Assembly (NCBI GenBank): GCA_043721195.1
Contig: JAYSRF010000108.1
Span: forward strand, 21,341-85,340
Direction: 5' to 3'
DNA from: Fluviicola sp.
Lineage (GTDB): Bacteria; Bacteroidota; Bacteroidia; Flavobacteriales_D; Crocinitomicaceae
DNA length: 64,000 nucleotides
Position numbers and translations under genes: made by a program. The notes below the pieces were generated by a model. It saw only the letters and a list, made by a program, of their open reading frames with translations, was not told the DNA's origin and ran no database searches. Shown in pieces: positions 28,082 to 37,782 of this stretch. How positions within the stretch are numbered: the stretch's first letter is position 1; each line of letters opens with the position of its first letter.

Positions 28082-29194
28082 ATGAAACGCTGGCCAACAA
28101 TTTTTGGAATAATCATCGTAATTGGGCTACTCATTCCAATGTCGCAACAATTTTTTGGGGTTATATATGTGCGACCTTTGCACGGAGTAACATCACCAGA
28201 TACAACGAAGATTTCCTACTCTTGGTGGAATCGTGATCTTCAAAAGCGATTAGAAACGTATGCAACAGATTCACTTGTACTCCATCCTGCGTGTGTTCGG
28301 TTGCGGAATCAGTTTGAATATACCTTTTTTGATAAACTCAATGCGCTTGATATCTATGAACATCATGGGATTTTTTATCGTTATAGCTATTCTACTTATA
28401 ACGAAGCAAATGCCTATGTTGGTAATGAGAAAATTCAACGACAGGTTCAATTATTGGCGCACTATCAGCGTTTGTTGAATCAAGATAGTATTCCAATTTA
28501 TGTGCTGATTACGCCTTCTAAGTTGCATTTTTACAAGGCGCAATTACCAGCTTATAATCAAACAAATTCGCAGTTAACAAATGTGATTCAATACAAAAAA
28601 GCACTTGTAAAAGCTGGAATTCGTGTATTGGATGCTGATGCTTGGTTTTTGGAAGAAAAACAACAACAATCGATCAGTTTGTTTGGGACTGGTGGTGCTC
28701 ATTGGACACTGTATGGTGGCGCGTTGGCGTTTGATTCATTGATAAAACGCATCAATCGTGATCAGTTGACAGATTTTCAGCGAGTAACCTTGGCCGTTTC
28801 TAAAGAAGACAAAATTTATTCTGAAGACATGGATATTGTCGGTTTGAGTAACTTACTATTTCCGCCAGAAGATCATCAATTGCGCTTAATTCATTTTCCA
28901 ACACCTAAGCAACTTAAAAAACGTCTAAACCCCGTTGTGATTAGTGATAGTTATTTTCATGTGATCGCTTGGACACCTTTACACGCACAAGTGCTCGATC
29001 CAAAAACGCCATTCTATTATTACTTTCATACACGTTTCACACAACAATCAAGTAACCCGAAATTCACCAACAAAACCGTTCAGCAAGACATTAAAAACGC
29101 TGATTGTATTATTATCATTACTGATATTCAAAACATGGAGCAATTTGGTTTTGGATTCATTGAACAGTACATTCAAAAAACATTATTAAAGTAA
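28082..29194 (+). CDS. AlgJ/AlgX-like SGNH O-acetyltransferase partner
   Basis: N-terminal anchor; ITPSK, GAHWTLYG, VISDSYF; directly downstream of MBOAT; ATG at 28082. Confidence 0.7.
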   Translation: MKRWPTIFGIIIVIGLLIPMSQQFFGVIYVRPLHGVTSPDTTKISYSWWNRDLQKRLETYATDSLVLHPACVRLRNQFEYTFFDKLNALDIYEHHGIFYRYSYSTYNEANAYVGNEKIQRQVQLLAHYQRLLNQDSIPIYVLITPSKLHFYKAQLPAYNQTNSQLTNVIQYKKALVKAGIRVLDADAWFLEEKQQQSISLFGTGGAHWTLYGGALAFDSLIKRINRDQLTDFQRVTLAVSKEDKIYSEDMDIVGLSNLLFPPEDHQLRLIHFPTPKQLKKRLNPVVISDSYFHVIAWTPLHAQVLDPKTPFYYYFHTRFTQQSSNPKFTNKTVQQDIKNADCIIIITDIQNMEQFGFGFIEQYIQKTLLK

Positions 29195-29260
29195 GTTTTC
29201 AGTAATGGGTGCGTGATATTTAAGCAACCTTTTTGACTCTTACGCCGAATTTTTAAAAAC

Positions 29261-29413
29261 TCAATCGTTGACACTTGACGAATCAATCGGTTTGCCACCA
29301 ATTCCGCATTTTTCGCACCCTTTTTGCTTCTTTCTCCCCAAAACTCCAAAAGCACGATAACCCAAATAGAAGAGTGCAGCAGCAAGAACGATAATCACTA
29401 AAACAGTTTGCAT
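29261..29413 (-). CDS. FeoB-associated Cys-rich membrane protein
   Basis: MQTVLVIIVLAAALFYLG...KKQKGCEKCG; ATG overlaps the feoB stop. Confidence 0.8.
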   Translation of the reverse strand: MQTVLVIIVLAAALFYLGYRAFGVLGRKKQKGCEKCGIGGKPIDSSSVND

Positions 29414-31377
29414 CAGCTGAGCATTTGATAAGCAATGAATGCACCAAGATACGCTAAAATGCCCATGTACCCAAGTTGAATGAGCGGCCATTTCCATGAT
29501 TTGGTTTCGCGTTTCACAACAGCAAGTGTAGCCATACATTGCATCGCAAAGACATAGAAAACCAATAACGAAACACCACTTGCAAGCGTATAAACAGGTT
29601 TTCCATCAGCATAACGCTCTTTTTTCATGCGATCTATTAGTGGTTTGGGATCTTCGTCTTGTTGATGAACGCTGTAAATAGTTGCCAATGAACCAACAAA
29701 AACTTCACGAGCAGCAAAAGAGGTGAGGAGTGAAATGCCCATTTTCCAATCATAACCTAATGGACGAATTACGGGTTCAATCCCCTTTCCTAAAATCCCC
29801 ATAAAGGAATGTTCCAATTTCGCCGAAGCAACTTGATCCTCGTAATGCAACGTATTTTGTGCTGTTTTTTCAGTTGGAACAGGGATTTTTGCTGCGGCTT
29901 TTTCCATTGCCTCACCGGGGCCAAATGAGGCCATTGCCCAGAGAATAATAGAAATAGCAAGGATAATTTTACCAGCGTCAGTGACAAATATGCGGACTTT
30001 TTGAAATACTTGAACGCCAACATTTGCCCAACGTGGCGATTTGTAGGGTGGTAATTCCAATAAAAAAACACTCAAAACCGTACTTTTTCGGAAAAATTGT
30101 TTGATAACGAGCGCCACTAATAAAGCCGAAATTAATCCCAACGCATACAATCCAAAAAGAACCAATCCTTGTACATTTAGAAATCCGAAGATTTTTGTGT
30201 CAGGAATTACCAATCCAATTAACAAAGTATACACGGGAATTCGCGCACTACAACTCATCAGTGGTGCAACAAGTATGGTTGTTAATCGTTCATTCCAAGA
30301 TTGGATGGTTCGTGTGGCCATTACGCCTGGAATTGCACAAGCGGCACTTGAAATAAGGGGAACTACACTTTTTCCGTTCAACCCAAATGGCCGCATCAAT
30401 TTATCCATGATGAAAACCACCCGCGCCATGTAGCCGGTTTCTTCTAAAATGCTAATCAAGAAAAACAACAAGGCTATTTGCGGAATAAAGATCGCTACGC
30501 CGCCAATTCCAGGAATGATTCCTTCGGTTAATAATCGGGTAAACAATCCCTCGGGAAGGGTGTAGGAAACCCATTCAGAAAGCTGAGAAAAACCCATTTC
30601 TATCCAGTCCATCGGGTAGGATGCTAGGGAAAAAACGGATTGAAAAATAAGGAGTAAAATGGTAAAAAAGAACAGGTAACCAATAACAGGGTGTACCAAC
30701 CAGCGGTCCAATTTGGAAGAAAATTGAGCGTTTTTTGTTGCTTCTTTTAGTTGAACGGCATCTTTTACGATCTTCTTCAACTGGTCATACCGAAGATTCG
30801 TGTCAATGCTTTGTTCATCTGTGTTTTTAATAGAAATAAGCGATCCACTTCTTACAAAAGGTGTAGTTGCGCGTTGAAAATCATTAGTTGCAAGTGTTTC
30901 AAGCAAGGTATTCATTCCAGTTCCTATTCGAGCATTACTGCGAATGAGTTTCGTTGCTGGAAAATGAGCTTGTAAAAGTTCTGTATTGATGTTTAATCCA
31001 TTTCGGGAAGCCACATCCGTCATATTTAGCAATAAGATTGTTGGAATTCCTAAATCATAAATCTGCGTAAACAACAATAAATTGCGCTCTAAATTGGAAG
31101 CATCTACCACTACAATAGCAAGATCTGGATACTCTGGATGAGTAGGATCACCAATTACTTGATAAACGACTTGTTCATCTTCTGATCGTGGATAAATGCT
31201 ATACGTTCCTGGAAAATCAACAATCTGTACCTTCTCCGAACCAATAATCAATTCCCCCGATTGTTTGTCAACCGTTACACCAGGGAAATTACCAACCCGT
31301 TGTTTTAATCCAGTTAATCGATTAAAAATGGAACTTTTTCCTGTATTTGGATTCCCGAAAAGGGCAATTTTTCTCAT
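29413..31377 (-). CDS. feoB: Ferrous iron transporter FeoB
   Basis: GNPNTGKS, VGNFPGVTVD, DFPGTYS, NMTD G-domain; CAIPGVMATR, FAAREVFVG, QCMAT membrane motifs. Confidence 0.97.
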   Translation of the reverse strand: MRKIALFGNPNTGKSSIFNRLTGLKQRVGNFPGVTVDKQSGELIIGSEKVQIVDFPGTYSIYPRSEDEQVVYQVIGDPTHPEYPDLAIVVVDASNLERNLLLFTQIYDLGIPTILLLNMTDVASRNGLNINTELLQAHFPATKLIRSNARIGTGMNTLLETLATNDFQRATTPFVRSGSLISIKNTDEQSIDTNLRYDQLKKIVKDAVQLKEATKNAQFSSKLDRWLVHPVIGYLFFFTILLLIFQSVFSLASYPMDWIEMGFSQLSEWVSYTLPEGLFTRLLTEGIIPGIGGVAIFIPQIALLFFLISILEETGYMARVVFIMDKLMRPFGLNGKSVVPLISSAACAIPGVMATRTIQSWNERLTTILVAPLMSCSARIPVYTLLIGLVIPDTKIFGFLNVQGLVLFGLYALGLISALLVALVIKQFFRKSTVLSVFLLELPPYKSPRWANVGVQVFQKVRIFVTDAGKIILAISIILWAMASFGPGEAMEKAAAKIPVPTEKTAQNTLHYEDQVASAKLEHSFMGILGKGIEPVIRPLGYDWKMGISLLTSFAAREVFVGSLATIYSVHQQDEDPKPLIDRMKKERYADGKPVYTLASGVSLLVFYVFAMQCMATLAVVKRETKSWKWPLIQLGYMGILAYLGAFIAYQMLS

Positions 31378-31604
31378 GCGACCCGGTCTTCGATTTGGAT
31401 TAACCGCGCTTCATCTAATCGCATGGATAATACATAACCGTCTACATCAACAGCAATTGGGTCACCAAATGGAGCTTTAAATAATATCTGAACATCCTTT
31501 CCAACATACAATCCCATTTCCAATAATTTGGGTTTGAGTGCGCTATCAGTAATTCCTGTAACGATTGCATGTGTACGGATGGCTGCTTGTGCGAGCGTTT
31601 TCAT
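31374..31604 (-). CDS. feoA: FeoA family protein
   Basis: KLLEMGLYVG...APFGDPIAVDVDGYVLSMRLDEA; likely start MKTLAQ at 31604. Confidence 0.9.
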   Translation of the reverse strand: MKTLAQAAIRTHAIVTGITDSALKPKLLEMGLYVGKDVQILFKAPFGDPIAVDVDGYVLSMRLDEARLIQIEDRVA

Positions 31605-31632
31605 GTGCTTACTTTTCAACGTATGTAACACG

Positions 31633-31640
31633 CAAAGGTA
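31633..31640 (-). promoter_or_regulatory. -7 promoter element of feoAB
   Basis: TACCTTTG on the minus strand, 29 nt upstream of the feoA ATG. Confidence 0.65.
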
Positions 31641-31762
31641 CTTCAAATGAAACCAATGCAACATACCACAAAAAGGGTATTTTAGTACAATAATGCATCT
31701 TCATTGTAAATGCAAATTTGTAGTTTTGATAACGAAAAATGATCACGCAGTAAAAGGATTCA

Positions 31763-33766
31763 ATGCGCAAAGTAATACTACAACTAGTTTCAAACAGATT
31801 TGAAAAGCACCTCTTTTTGATTTTGGTATGTTTTTTTTTAATTGTCAGTAAAACAACCTGTTTTGCAGTTCAAAAAAATCGAGAATCAAACGAAGTTGTT
31901 TTCAAGGACGACGCATATTATATTGAACAAAAACTCAATGAAGCCCAAAAACTAACGCAATTAAATGATGATAAAGCCTTAAAAATCGCACTTAGTGCTT
32001 ACGAACGGTCGAAACGATTAAAAAACAATGATTTAATAGGTACATCAGAAAATATTATTGGGAATATTTATTGGTATTCTGGAGATTATTCAATTGCATC
32101 GGATTTTTATTTTCGGGCATTAAAGAGTTTTGAGAAAACAAACAATCGTGCAAATATTGCCAATTCTTACCGAAATATTGGTTGGATCTATTTGGGTCAA
32201 AAGAACTTTAAAAAGGCAGAAGATTATTTTATTCGATCGTCAAAATCATACAAAAAGCTGAATCTTGAGCATGAATACATGATTAGCCTCGATGATTTAG
32301 GCAATTTGTACTTGACGAAAGGAGATTTGATGAAAGCGTTACAATGCTGTAAATTATCCTATAACATTGCTAAAAAAAGAAATGAGAAAATAGCTGCTGG
32401 AACCACAACTGGCACAATTGGTTCAATTTACTTAAAGTTGAAAAACTATGAAAAAGCGAAAGAATCATTCGAAACGTCGATTTCAATTTTATCCAAGTAC
32501 CCGACGCAAGGATACAACTTGTGTTTAAGTCAAATCGGAATTTCAAAAATATTGCTGTATGAAAAAAAGGATGCTGAAGCATTGACCTATACAAATAGTG
32601 CGATCGATCTTTCAAGAAAAGGAAACTATAATTCTGAACTTGCTGAAGCATATTTACTAGCGTCAAAAATCTATAAGCAGCTCAATAAATTTGACAAAGC
32701 ATACGAAATGAGTATGATGTATTCTGAAACAAAAGACAGTCTACAGCTAATGAATAATAGAGATTTTATCAAAGAAATTGAAAACAAGCACAAAATTGAA
32801 GAAGATAGATTGCAGATTCAGAACTTAGAGCAAAAGGGAAAATTAAATGAAGCAAATCTAGAGCGGGAACAAACGTTCAAAGCCTTCTTAATCGTAATAA
32901 TTGTATTGATTTTTATATTCGGTGTCTTTTTAGTTCGTTCAATTTTCATCAAGAAAAAGGCAAATAAATCGCTTTCAGAAGCTTATTTAATCATAGAAGA
33001 AAAAAACAAAGATATTTCAGATAGTATTGACTATGCGCAACACATTCAACACGCTAGGCTTCCATTAATTGAGAATTTAAAAATTGGCTTTGATGATGTG
33101 TTGGTTTATTATGTTCCTCGTGACATTGTAAGTGGAGATTTTTATTGGTATGACAAACGACCAGATGGTTCCGTTTATTTTGTTTGCGCAGATTGTACTG
33201 GTCATGGAATCCCTGGAGCTTTCATGTCCATGATAGGAATTGATGGATTTAATTACACAATCTTAGAACGAGCCATTCAAAATACAGGTGAAATTTTAAC
33301 CCATGTCAATCAATTTATCAAAGACTCATTGAATCAAGAACATGAATCAACGAAAAGTAAAGATGGAATGGATGCAGCGATCATTGCATTGAATTCTGAA
33401 AAAACTGAATTGAATTATTCAGGAGCAAATCGTCCACTTTACCTGATTCGAAATGAAGAACTGATTGAATTCAAACCCGATAAACTATCCATAGGTGGAA
33501 ATCACTTAAGTGAATTTCAATTTAGTCAACAAACAATTAAGCTTGAAAAAAACGATTGTTTTTACCTTTTCTCAGATGGGTATGTTGATCAATTTGGAGG
33601 TGAAAAGGGCAAAAAATTCATGACCAAACAATTCAAAGCATTACTGTTGTCAATTCATAAAAAACCAATGGCTCAACAAGAGAAAATCATTCGCGAAACA
33701 TTTGAAAAATGGACATTGGATCATTCGCAAGTGGATGATGTTTTAGTTGTTGGTATCAAAGTTTAA
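31763..33766 (+). CDS. TPR-sensor SpoIIE/PP2C-type phosphatase
   Basis: TPR repeats, TM helix, PRDIVSGDFYW, ADCTGHGIPGAFMS, DGMDA, FSDGYVDQFGG, DDVLVVG. Confidence 0.92.
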   Translation: MRKVILQLVSNRFEKHLFLILVCFFLIVSKTTCFAVQKNRESNEVVFKDDAYYIEQKLNEAQKLTQLNDDKALKIALSAYERSKRLKNNDLIGTSENIIGNIYWYSGDYSIASDFYFRALKSFEKTNNRANIANSYRNIGWIYLGQKNFKKAEDYFIRSSKSYKKLNLEHEYMISLDDLGNLYLTKGDLMKALQCCKLSYNIAKKRNEKIAAGTTTGTIGSIYLKLKNYEKAKESFETSISILSKYPTQGYNLCLSQIGISKILLYEKKDAEALTYTNSAIDLSRKGNYNSELAEAYLLASKIYKQLNKFDKAYEMSMMYSETKDSLQLMNNRDFIKEIENKHKIEEDRLQIQNLEQKGKLNEANLEREQTFKAFLIVIIVLIFIFGVFLVRSIFIKKKANKSLSEAYLIIEEKNKDISDSIDYAQHIQHARLPLIENLKIGFDDVLVYYVPRDIVSGDFYWYDKRPDGSVYFVCADCTGHGIPGAFMSMIGIDGFNYTILERAIQNTGEILTHVNQFIKDSLNQEHESTKSKDGMDAAIIALNSEKTELNYSGANRPLYLIRNEELIEFKPDKLSIGGNHLSEFQFSQQTIKLEKNDCFYLFSDGYVDQFGGEKGKKFMTKQFKALLLSIHKKPMAQQEKIIRETFEKWTLDHSQVDDVLVVGIKV

Positions 33767-33775
33767 GAACGCTAA

Positions 33776-35047
33776 CTATTTCATGAGTTTTCCCCGAATT
33801 TTTTCAATACTCAATGCATGTAAACTCCCAATATGTGAAGTTGTCACGGGTGTTTTTTGCTCATGGTCTGTTTTTACTTGTTGACCAACTTCTACATAAG
33901 CTTCCCGGAACGAATGACCGTTTTGAACCAATTTAGCAACTGCATCAACACTAAAAATGCCTGAGTATGTCGGATTTGATAAATCAATCTGTTTCACTTC
34001 TAACTGCGGCATCATATACTTGAGCAAGTCTAAAATCAAATGTGATTGATCGATCGATCGAAAAAGTGGTTCTTTCAATAATTGAAAATCGCGGTGGTAT
34101 CCCGACACCAAATTTCTAGTAATTGCGTTGATTTCTGAGGGAATTGCGCTTAATTGATTGGATTTTGCACGAATCAATTCAAATACATCTGGATTTTTCT
34201 TGTGTGGCATGATGCTACTTCCCGTTGTCAGCGAATCTGGAAAGGAAATAAAACCGAAGTTTTGACACAGCATCCAAACACAATCGTTCGCTAATTTAGC
34301 TGTAGTTCCGCCCAATTGTGCCAACGAAAAAGCAACTGTTTGTTCCAGTTTACCGCGGTTCAATTGTGCGGCAATCGGATTGATTTTGAGTGCAGAAAAA
34401 CCCAAGCCATCTGTTGTGTGTTCTCGGTCAATCGGAAAAGTTGAACCATAACCAGCTGCTGTTCCCAATGGGTTTTGATCGGCTAATTGATAAGCGCAAT
34501 GCATCAATTGTAAATCATCAGCCAAACATTCTGCATACGCCGATAACCACATTCCAATACTAGACGGCATGGCAACTTGTGTATGTGTGTAGCCAGGAAT
34601 GTAATCGAACTCATGTACTAATGCTTTATCACAGAGAATGTTTCCCAACAACCGTGTTTTTTCCATTAAATGGGTGATCGCATCTTTCAAATACAATTGA
34701 AGAGCTGTTGCAACCTGATCATTGCGCGAACGGGCTGTATGTACTTTTTTACCTGTTTCCCCGTACCATTCCGTCAACCGAAATTCAATGTAGGAATGAA
34801 TGTCTTCCATTTCTGTTGGAATCTCAAATTCTTCCTGAGAAACGATCGTTTTTAATCGGTTTAATCCTTCGATTAATTGATGGTGTTCTGCTTCACTTAG
34901 CAATCCAACTGAAAACAACATGTTACTATGCGCAAGTGTTCCTTGCACATCAAATGGAGCTAATCGTTTGTCCATTTCACGGTCATTTCCAACGGTAAAT
35001 GCATGAACTTCTGCTGAAGTAAAAGCTCCTTTATCCCATAATTTCAT
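33776..35047 (-). CDS. argH: Argininosuccinate lyase
   Basis: MKLWDKG, EDIHSYIE, HTARSRNDQV, GSSIMPHKKNPD, GYHRD. Confidence 0.95.
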   Translation of the reverse strand: MKLWDKGAFTSAEVHAFTVGNDREMDKRLAPFDVQGTLAHSNMLFSVGLLSEAEHHQLIEGLNRLKTIVSQEEFEIPTEMEDIHSYIEFRLTEWYGETGKKVHTARSRNDQVATALQLYLKDAITHLMEKTRLLGNILCDKALVHEFDYIPGYTHTQVAMPSSIGMWLSAYAECLADDLQLMHCAYQLADQNPLGTAAGYGSTFPIDREHTTDGLGFSALKINPIAAQLNRGKLEQTVAFSLAQLGGTTAKLANDCVWMLCQNFGFISFPDSLTTGSSIMPHKKNPDVFELIRAKSNQLSAIPSEINAITRNLVSGYHRDFQLLKEPLFRSIDQSHLILDLLKYMMPQLEVKQIDLSNPTYSGIFSVDAVAKLVQNGHSFREAYVEVGQQVKTDHEQKTPVTTSHIGSLHALSIEKIRGKLMK

Positions 35048-36086
35048 ATTGCAATTGTTTTATGAACGTTTTGTAGAGGTCTATTCCACGTTCTAATTCG
35101 TATTCATAAATGTATTCGTCTGCAGTGTGTGAGCGTTCCGATTCGCCAATCCCTAATTTGATAGATGGCCATGGCATCAGAGCTTGATCGCTCATGGTAG
35201 GTGATCCATAACAACTGATTTGTAATGCTGTTGCGGTCTTTTGAAGCACATGTCCAGCAGGTAAAGAGGATGGCGATAAACGCATAGAACGTGCGACTAA
35301 TTTAGAAGAACAAATTGCTTGTAATTCTTCCAAGATTTGTATGTGTGTATAATATTCGTTTAAGCGTACATCAATCGTAAATCGACATTCATCTGGAATA
35401 ACATTGTGTTGTGTTCCACTATTGATCATTGTTACATTCGTGTTCACTGGACCTAGTAAATCGGAGTAGTTCGTAAAGCAATACGATCTAATTTTTTGAA
35501 TGTCATCCAATGCCAGATAAAGCGCATTTTTTCCTGAGTTTCGAGCAGCATGTCCCGCTTCACCTGTCGCAATGGCATCAATGACCAACAATCCTTTTTC
35601 AGCAATGGCAATTTTTCCGCCAGTTGGTTCGCCCACAATCGCCATGTGAATCGTTCCTAATTTGTCTCGGATCAATTCAAATCCATTTACACCACTGTTT
35701 TCTTCTTCAGCTGATGCACAAAACACGAGGTTGAAGGGAAGTTTTTGGTGATGAAAATGGAGAAATGTATGCAACAATCCAATCAAAGAAGCACCCGCAT
35801 CATTGATTCCCAAACCAATGAGTTGATTTCCCTTTTGTGTAAATTGATAAGGAGGGTATGTCCATTCTTTTCCCGGTTTTACTGTATCTAAATGGGAATT
35901 GAGAAGCACAGTTGGATGTGCTTGTTCAAAATGGGTTGACGTGGCCCAAACATTATTGTTCAATCGATTTGTTTGAATTCCACAAAATTGCAGCCGTTGT
36001 TCCATCCAATCTGCAACAGCATGTTCTTGTCCCGAAAGTGATGGAATGTTAACCAATTCTATTAAATCAGCTAAAGCGCTTTTCAT
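35031..36086 (-). CDS. argE: M20 deacylase (ArgE-like, probably acts on N-acylcitrulline)
   Basis: LNSHLDTV, GINDAG, SAEEE, IVGEPT, GHAAR, RSHTADE; within the arg operon. Confidence 0.85.
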   Translation of the reverse strand: MKSALADLIELVNIPSLSGQEHAVADWMEQRLQFCGIQTNRLNNNVWATSTHFEQAHPTVLLNSHLDTVKPGKEWTYPPYQFTQKGNQLIGLGINDAGASLIGLLHTFLHFHHQKLPFNLVFCASAEEENSGVNGFELIRDKLGTIHMAIVGEPTGGKIAIAEKGLLVIDAIATGEAGHAARNSGKNALYLALDDIQKIRSYCFTNYSDLLGPVNTNVTMINSGTQHNVIPDECRFTIDVRLNEYYTHIQILEELQAICSSKLVARSMRLSPSSLPAGHVLQKTATALQISCYGSPTMSDQALMPWPSIKLGIGESERSHTADEYIYEYELERGIDLYKTFIKQLQYEIMG

Positions 36087-36853
36087 TGGATCACGAGTTT
36101 GGTTCCTGAATGAAGCTGGTCGAATCGGCTAATGTGAACCGTTTTTGCACCTAATTTCAAGGCATTTATTCCACATTCGAGTTTGGGCAACATGCCTGAA
36201 TGAATGGCCCCTTCTTTTTTCAAATGTTCGATTTTTTCTTCTGATAGTATTGCTATTACTGAGTTTTCATCAGAAATATCGCGCAATACTCCTCCAAATT
36301 CAAAGGCATAAATCACAGAAACTTCACCCATTTCTTGCAGTACTTTCGAAAGAAAAAGCGTGATGGAATCGGCATTGGTGTTCAGCAAACTGCCCGAATC
36401 AATATCATAACTCAAGGCGCTAATCACTGGACACATTCCATCCAACAACAAATTACGGAGCAGTGGAGCTAATTCAGAATCGAATAGAGGATCACCCACC
36501 CAACCAAAATCAATGGGATGTACTGATCGTTTTTTTGCAGGGATTAGTTTTCCATCAGCACCAGATAATCCAATTGCTTGAACCCCCAAATGTTGTAAAC
36601 CTGCCACCAGTTGTTTATTGATACCGCTGTAAACTAGTGTTGCAATCTCCAGTAATTCCGCAGAAGTAACGCGTCGACCATCGATGAATTCGGAAGTAAC
36701 ACCGAGTTTTTTTGCCCAATTGCTCGTTGTTTTTCCGCCACCATGAACAAGGATTTTTCTTCCTTCTATTGCTTGGAATGCAGTTAAAAATGCACTACGA
36801 TGTTGTGGATTTTCTAAGATTGTACCACCTATTTTTATAATCGTTGTTTTCAT
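36083..36853 (-). CDS. argB: N-acylglutamate kinase
   Basis: IIKIGG, LVHGGGK, DGRRVT, NTNADS, GMLPKL. Confidence 0.92.
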   Translation of the reverse strand: MKTTIIKIGGTILENPQHRSAFLTAFQAIEGRKILVHGGGKTTSNWAKKLGVTSEFIDGRRVTSAELLEIATLVYSGINKQLVAGLQHLGVQAIGLSGADGKLIPAKKRSVHPIDFGWVGDPLFDSELAPLLRNLLLDGMCPVISALSYDIDSGSLLNTNADSITLFLSKVLQEMGEVSVIYAFEFGGVLRDISDENSVIAILSEEKIEHLKKEGAIHSGMLPKLECGINALKLGAKTVHISRFDQLHSGTKLVIQ

Positions 36854-37782
36854 GCTGAAAGGATTTCATGTAAAACCGCTTGCGCTGCCCAAATACGGTT
36901 TTCAGCTTGTGTATAGACAATGGATTGATCGATGACTTCATCGGTTGCAACCACATTTCTGCGAATCGGTAAACAGTGCATGAACGATCCGTTGTTGGTC
37001 AGCTTCATTTTTTGTTGGTCAATTGTCCAGTGATCAAATCCTTCCAATCGTTGTCCGTAATGCGTTACGCTGCTCCAATTTTTGCAATACACAATATCGG
37101 CATTCGCAAGCGCTTCTTCTTGATTGTACGTTACCGTTGCATAGTTTGCAAATTCTTGATCCAATTCATAGCCGGGAGGATGCGTTAACCACACATCTGC
37201 ATCTAAAAAGTGTGACCATTCCAAAAAAGAATTCACCACTGCTTGGGGCAAACATTTTGGGTGAGGGGCCCACGTAACGGCAATTTTTGGTTTGCGCAAA
37301 CCCAATTCTGCAATGGTGGCAACATCTGTCAATGATTGTAAGGGGTGACGAATTGCCGATTCCAAAGAAATAACAGGTTTAGTGCTATACTGAAGACACG
37401 CTTTGAGAATTTTTTCGTTGTAATCTTCCGTTTTGGAAGTCAATGATGGAAATGAACGAACCGCTAAAATATCGGTGTAAGAACTTAAAACACGAATCGC
37501 ATCTTGAATATGTTCTTGTTCATCTCCGTTCATGATAGCACCAGGTTCGGTTTCTAATTTCCAAGCTTGATTCACATCTAGAACTGAAACAGTCATGCCT
37601 AAATTGTAGGCTGCCGCTTGCGTGCTCATGCGTGAACGTAAACTTGGATTGAAAAAGAGCATGGATAGATTTTTACCAACTCTGAATAATGGCTGTTGTG
37701 TGTTCTTCATTTTCAGCACTTTTTCAATTAATCGGGGGACATCTTGAACGTCAGAAACAGCCGTAAATTGATTCATTTTCAT
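36850..37782 (-). CDS. argF': N-acyl(acetyl/succinyl)ornithine carbamoyltransferase (ArgF')
   Basis: FNPSLRSR, AWKLE, RHPLQ, TWAPHPKCLPQAV, FMHCLPIRRN: AOTCase/SOTCase signature, not canonical OTC. Confidence 0.9.
   Translation of the reverse strand: MKMNQFTAVSDVQDVPRLIEKVLKMKNTQQPLFRVGKNLSMLFFNPSLRSRMSTQAAAYNLGMTVSVLDVNQAWKLETEPGAIMNGDEQEHIQDAIRVLSSYTDILAVRSFPSLTSKTEDYNEKILKACLQYSTKPVISLESAIRHPLQSLTDVATIAELGLRKPKIAVTWAPHPKCLPQAVVNSFLEWSHFLDADVWLTHPPGYELDQEFANYATVTYNQEEALANADIVYCKNWSSVTHYGQRLEGFDHWTIDQQKMKLTNNGSFMHCLPIRRNVVATDEVIDQSIVYTQAENRIWAAQAVLHEILSA

Noticed and set aside
31726-31745. Possible Fur box (GATAACGAAAAATGATCAC) between feoA and the TPR phosphatase
   Set aside because: Only 11/19 match to the proteobacterial consensus in AT-rich DNA; not significant
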